Assembly (NCBI GenBank): GCA_963822965.1
Contig: CAWGJT010000005.1
Coordinates: 1,440,001-1,504,000, forward strand
Reading direction: 5' to 3'
Length of the DNA stretch: 64,000 nucleotides
Source of the DNA: an uncultured delta proteobacterium
Lineage (GTDB): Bacteria > Myxococcota_A > UBA9160 > UBA4427
Each line of letters begins with the position of its first letter. Positions within the stretch are counted from its first letter, which is position 1. Below are positions 60,671 to 64,000 of the stretch, piece after piece. Made by a program: the position numbers and the translations under genes. Below the pieces are notes generated by a model. That model ran no database searches and was not told the DNA's origin. It was given only the letters and a program-made list of their open reading frames with translations.

Positions 60671-63600
60671 CCGGCCGCTACCGGTTCGACGCGTTCGTGC
60701 TCGACGGCGCTCGGGGCGAGCTCCGCCACGCGGGCGCGAAGGTGCCCCTCGAGCCCAAGGCCTTCGACGTGCTCGCGTACCTGATCCGGAACCGCGATCG
60801 GGCCGTGCCGCTCCCGGAGCTCCTGGCTGCCGTCTGGGCCGGGGTGAACGTCGAGCCGGGCTCCGTCCACCGGGCCGTGCACTTCGTTCGCCGGGCCGTG
60901 TCGGCGCGCGGCGGCGGAATCGAGGTCATCCGGACCGTCCCGCGCCGGGGCTACCGCTTCGTGCTCCAGGTGGAGCCCGTCGGCTCCGGCGATGCCGGCG
61001 AGCCTGCTTCGTCCTACGTCGGACGCGACGCCGTCCGTTCCGAGCTCGACCGCCGGCTCGCGCGCGCCCGGGGAGGGAGCTTCGAGCTGGTGCTGCTGCA
61101 CGGGTCGCCGGGCATCGGCAAGAGCGCCACGCTCGCGTGGCTCGTGGCCCGCGCCGAGCGGGCGGGAGCCGTACCCTTCGAGGGCCGCTGCATCGAAGGC
61201 CCGGCGGCACCCCCGTACCGGCCGTGGGCCGGCATCCTGCGCGCGGCGCTCCGCGCCGACGGGCCCGCCGACGTGGCGGACGGCCTCGAGCCCGGCGTGG
61301 CCGAGGTGGCGCGGGCGATTCCCGAGATCGCCGCGGCGCTCGGCGTGCATGCTCCTCGGGACGAGCGGATGGACGCGGGTGCGCGCTACCGCGTCCACGT
61401 GGCCATCGCCGATTGGATCCGTCACCGCTCGCGGCGCGATCCGCTCGTGCTGCTGCTGGACGATCTGCAGGGCGCGGACCTCGACTCGATCCAGCTGCTC
61501 GACTTCCTCGTGCAGGAGCTTTCCAACGAGCCCGTCCTGATTGCCGCCGCCTTTCGGGACGACCCGGACCCGGCGCCGGGACGCCGTGCCCTCGAGCAGC
61601 TCTGCGCGCGCCGTTCCGGTGCCTCCATTCGCTTGTCCGAGCTCTCGGATCGCGAGGTGGCGGAGCTGGCCCGGGACCGGACGGGCCAAGCGTGGTCGTC
61701 CGCAGAGCTTGCGCGCCTGGTCGACTCCAGCGGGGGCAATCCGCTCCTCGTCGAGCAGCTGCTGCGCGCGCGCGACGCCGGTCCCGAGCCGGAGACGGTC
61801 GATCTCCGCAGCGCCGGGCTTCGGGGGTCCCTTCGCCGTCTGCTCGCGGGCTCGTCGGTCTCGTGCAACGAGATGCTGTCCTTCGCGTGCGTCTTCGGGC
61901 GGGAGTTCGACCCTGCGGTGCTCGCCGCGGGCCTCGGCTGGCCGCTGCCCGACGTGCAGGCCGCCATCGACGAGGCCTTCGACCGGCGCGTCCTCGCGCC
62001 GCGCAGCCAGGACATCAGCGTCCGTTTCGTGCACGCCCTGATTCCCGAGGCGCTCTACGCCGGCCTCTCGGCCGCCGAGCGCGTCGAGGGGCATCGCCGT
62101 GCGGTCGAAGGCCTGCTCGCGACCCGAACCGGCTCGCGCGAGCGCCTGAGCGAGCTGGCCCACCACGCCTGTGAGGCGGCCGGCTCGATCGGTGTGCGGC
62201 CCGCCTTCGACTACACGGTGACGGCGGCACGCGACGCCATGCAGCGTCTCGCGTACGAAGAGGCGATCCAGCTCTTCGAACGGGCGCTGTCGTTGCGCGC
62301 GCCGGCCACGCCGGGCCCGGCCGCGCGTGCCGCCTGCCTCGTCGACCTGGGCACGGCGATGGTCCTGCGCGGCGCCGGCAGCGAGGCGCGGCCGCGCTTC
62401 TTCGAGGCCTGCGCGTTGGCGCGCCGGCTGGACGACCCGACGCTCCTCGCGCGCGCGGCCCTGGGCCCCTCGGAGATCGACGAGTACTACGCACTCGATC
62501 ACGAGCAGATCGCCGTGCTGCAGGAGGCAGCCGAACGTCTCGGAGACCGCGACCCCGCGCTGCGCGTCCAGCTGCTCATCGCGCTCGCGAAGACGGGCTA
62601 CTACGGGGCCCGGGACCTGACCCTCGAGGTCAGCGCCGAGGCGCTCGCGGAGGCGCGCTCCCTCTCCGATCCGGCGCTCGTCTGCACGAGCCTGGTCGCA
62701 CGGGCGGAGGCCCTCGGCTGGACCGAGTCCGACGACGAACGAAGCGCGCTCGTCGAGGAGGCCAACCGGATCGCGCGGCGAGCGCGCGTGCCCGCGACGA
62801 CCTGGGGGCTCGCGCTGCGGCAGGCTGCGTACGTTGCGCTCGCTTCGGGCGACCGCGACGGCTACGAGCGCCGGCTGCGCGACCTCGAGCGGCTGGCCGA
62901 GGCAAGGCGGCTCTCCGTCTTCGACCAGGCGGTGTCCGCCATGCGCGGCACGCTCGCGCTCCTCGAGGGCCGCTTCGGCGAGGCGGAATCCCTGTCCCAC
63001 CGGCAGCTCGAGACCGGCCGGCACTCGAATCCGGTGCTTGCCTTCCAGGCAGCCGGGGTCCACCGGACGATGATCCAGCTGGCCACGGGCTCTCCGGAGG
63101 AGGTCGCCGTGACGATGCGTGCCTTCAGCGCGCAGTTTCCCGAGATCTCGCCCTGGAGCGCGACCCTGGCCCTGGCGCTCGCCGAGATCGGCGAACGCGA
63201 CGAAGCCCTGGCCCGGGTGGACGCGCTGGCTCGGCGCCGCTTCGAGCCCCGACACCGCGACTTCCTGCCCATCACCCTGGCCCTGCTGGCGGAGACCGTG
63301 CAGCACCTCGGCGACCCCGACCGGGCCGCCACCGTCGCCGGCGAGCTGGCGCGCCTGCCGCACCGCTGCATCGTCGTGGGAACCTGCCTGGCGACATACG
63401 GCGCCGTGGACCGCTACCGCGGGCTGTGTGCAGAGGCCCGGGGCGACCTCGATGAGGCGATCCGCTACTACGAGGGCGGACTGGCGCTGGACGAGCGGAT
63501 GGGCGCCCTCCCCTTCGTGGCGCGAGGGCTCGGCGATCTGGGGCGGGCGCTTCGCAGCCGCGGCGGCGCGGAAGATGTCCGCAGCGCCGAAGCCCGCCTG

Positions 63601-63675
63601 GATCGGGCCTCGGCGCTGGCCGGAGGTCTGGGCATGCACCGCCCTCCGAATTCACGAGCCATAAGGCAACCATAA
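60667..63675 (+). CDS. OmpR-type wHTH + AAA ATPase + TPR transcriptional regulator
   Basis: LEPKAFDVL, IRTVPRRGYRF, GSPGIGKS, LLDDLQ, GGNPL. Confidence 0.9.
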   Translation: MTGRYRFDAFVLDGARGELRHAGAKVPLEPKAFDVLAYLIRNRDRAVPLPELLAAVWAGVNVEPGSVHRAVHFVRRAVSARGGGIEVIRTVPRRGYRFVLQVEPVGSGDAGEPASSYVGRDAVRSELDRRLARARGGSFELVLLHGSPGIGKSATLAWLVARAERAGAVPFEGRCIEGPAAPPYRPWAGILRAALRADGPADVADGLEPGVAEVARAIPEIAAALGVHAPRDERMDAGARYRVHVAIADWIRHRSRRDPLVLLLDDLQGADLDSIQLLDFLVQELSNEPVLIAAAFRDDPDPAPGRRALEQLCARRSGASIRLSELSDREVAELARDRTGQAWSSAELARLVDSSGGNPLLVEQLLRARDAGPEPETVDLRSAGLRGSLRRLLAGSSVSCNEMLSFACVFGREFDPAVLAAGLGWPLPDVQAAIDEAFDRRVLAPRSQDISVRFVHALIPEALYAGLSAAERVEGHRRAVEGLLATRTGSRERLSELAHHACEAAGSIGVRPAFDYTVTAARDAMQRLAYEEAIQLFERALSLRAPATPGPAARAACLVDLGTAMVLRGAGSEARPRFFEACALARRLDDPTLLARAALGPSEIDEYYALDHEQIAVLQEAAERLGDRDPALRVQLLIALAKTGYYGARDLTLEVSAEALAEARSLSDPALVCTSLVARAEALGWTESDDERSALVEEANRIARRARVPATTWGLALRQAAYVALASGDRDGYERRLRDLERLAEARRLSVFDQAVSAMRGTLALLEGRFGEAESLSHRQLETGRHSNPVLAFQAAGVHRTMIQLATGSPEEVAVTMRAFSAQFPEISPWSATLALALAEIGERDEALARVDALARRRFEPRHRDFLPITLALLAETVQHLGDPDRAATVAGELARLPHRCIVVGTCLATYGAVDRYRGLCAEARGDLDEAIRYYEGGLALDERMGALPFVARGLGDLGRALRSRGGAEDVRSAEARLDRASALAGGLGMHRPPNSRAIRQP

Positions 63676-63677
63676 GG
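63659..63677 (+). promoter_or_regulatory. Direct repeat with 11-bp period, candidate wHTH binding site
   Basis: ccataagg-caa-ccataagg upstream of the next gene. Confidence 0.45.
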
Positions 63678-63733
63678 GTGTGGGGCGGCACTCCCGGATA
63701 GGCTCGTGATGACACCTCGGGAGGTCGCAATTC

Positions 63734-64000
63734 ATGAAACGCCGGTACGGCTGCGCGCTCCTGGCGCTGGCGGCGCTCGCCTCACTGGGCTGCAATCCGG
63801 ACGCCCCGTGGGGCTACCGGGTCATGGGCATGGTCTACGTCCAGCACGGGCCCGACATGTTCGCGCTGGCCAACGCACGGGTGGTGCTGCGGGACGCCAC
63901 CGTGGGCGGCTATGGAAAGAAGCAGGTCCACGCCGACTCGAGCGGGCGCTTCGAGATCCAGGCAGGGCCCTGGTTCGGCAGCTACGAGGTCTGCGCCGAT
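63734..64000 (+). CDS. Lipoprotein with carboxypeptidase-regulatory-like beta domain (partial)
   Basis: GGAGG RBS; MKRRYG..LASLGC lipobox; LANARVVL..ADSSGRFEI; open to window end. Confidence 0.75.
   Translation, partial: MKRRYGCALLALAALASLGCNPDAPWGYRVMGMVYVQHGPDMFALANARVVLRDATVGGYGKKQVHADSSGRFEIQAGPWFGSYEVCAD

Overview
GC-rich bacterial chromosome segment; gene content (many P450s, TetR regulators, a sulfotransferase/DUF1214 pair, PEP-CTERM proteins) suggests a Myxococcota-like organism, which is inference only. 1-6134 is the distal part of a hybrid RiPP operon: P450, a cyclase-less LanM-type dehydratase, a fused E1/YcaO cyclodehydratase and a SagB/ThcOx-type oxidase. No precursor peptide is visible in the window. 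About 6270-19300 is a rearranged accessory region ending at two tRNA-Ser genes. It holds three copies of a 28-bp dif (XerCD)-like site, each next to a truncated gene or element, an IS110 element inactivated by two hairpin micro-insertions, a group II intron stub, an adenylate cyclase/AAA/TPR gene and a GHKL-ATPase/nuclease defence-like remnant. 22.7-35.3 kb contains a roughly 2.2-kb direct duplication (tesB, hypothetical, TetR) around an MscS-like/MgtE block and a 1641-aa secreted protein with an internal PEP-CTERM motif followed directly by a second signal peptide. The rest is oxidative/lipid metabolism and envelope genes (P450s, fur-katG, MATE, BVMO, LLM, BCP, DsbA-like pair, ABC transporter, glycosyltransferases, wHTH-AAA regulator). 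Several single-base frameshifts look like sequencing errors. All calls come from motif recognition by eye; no searches were run.
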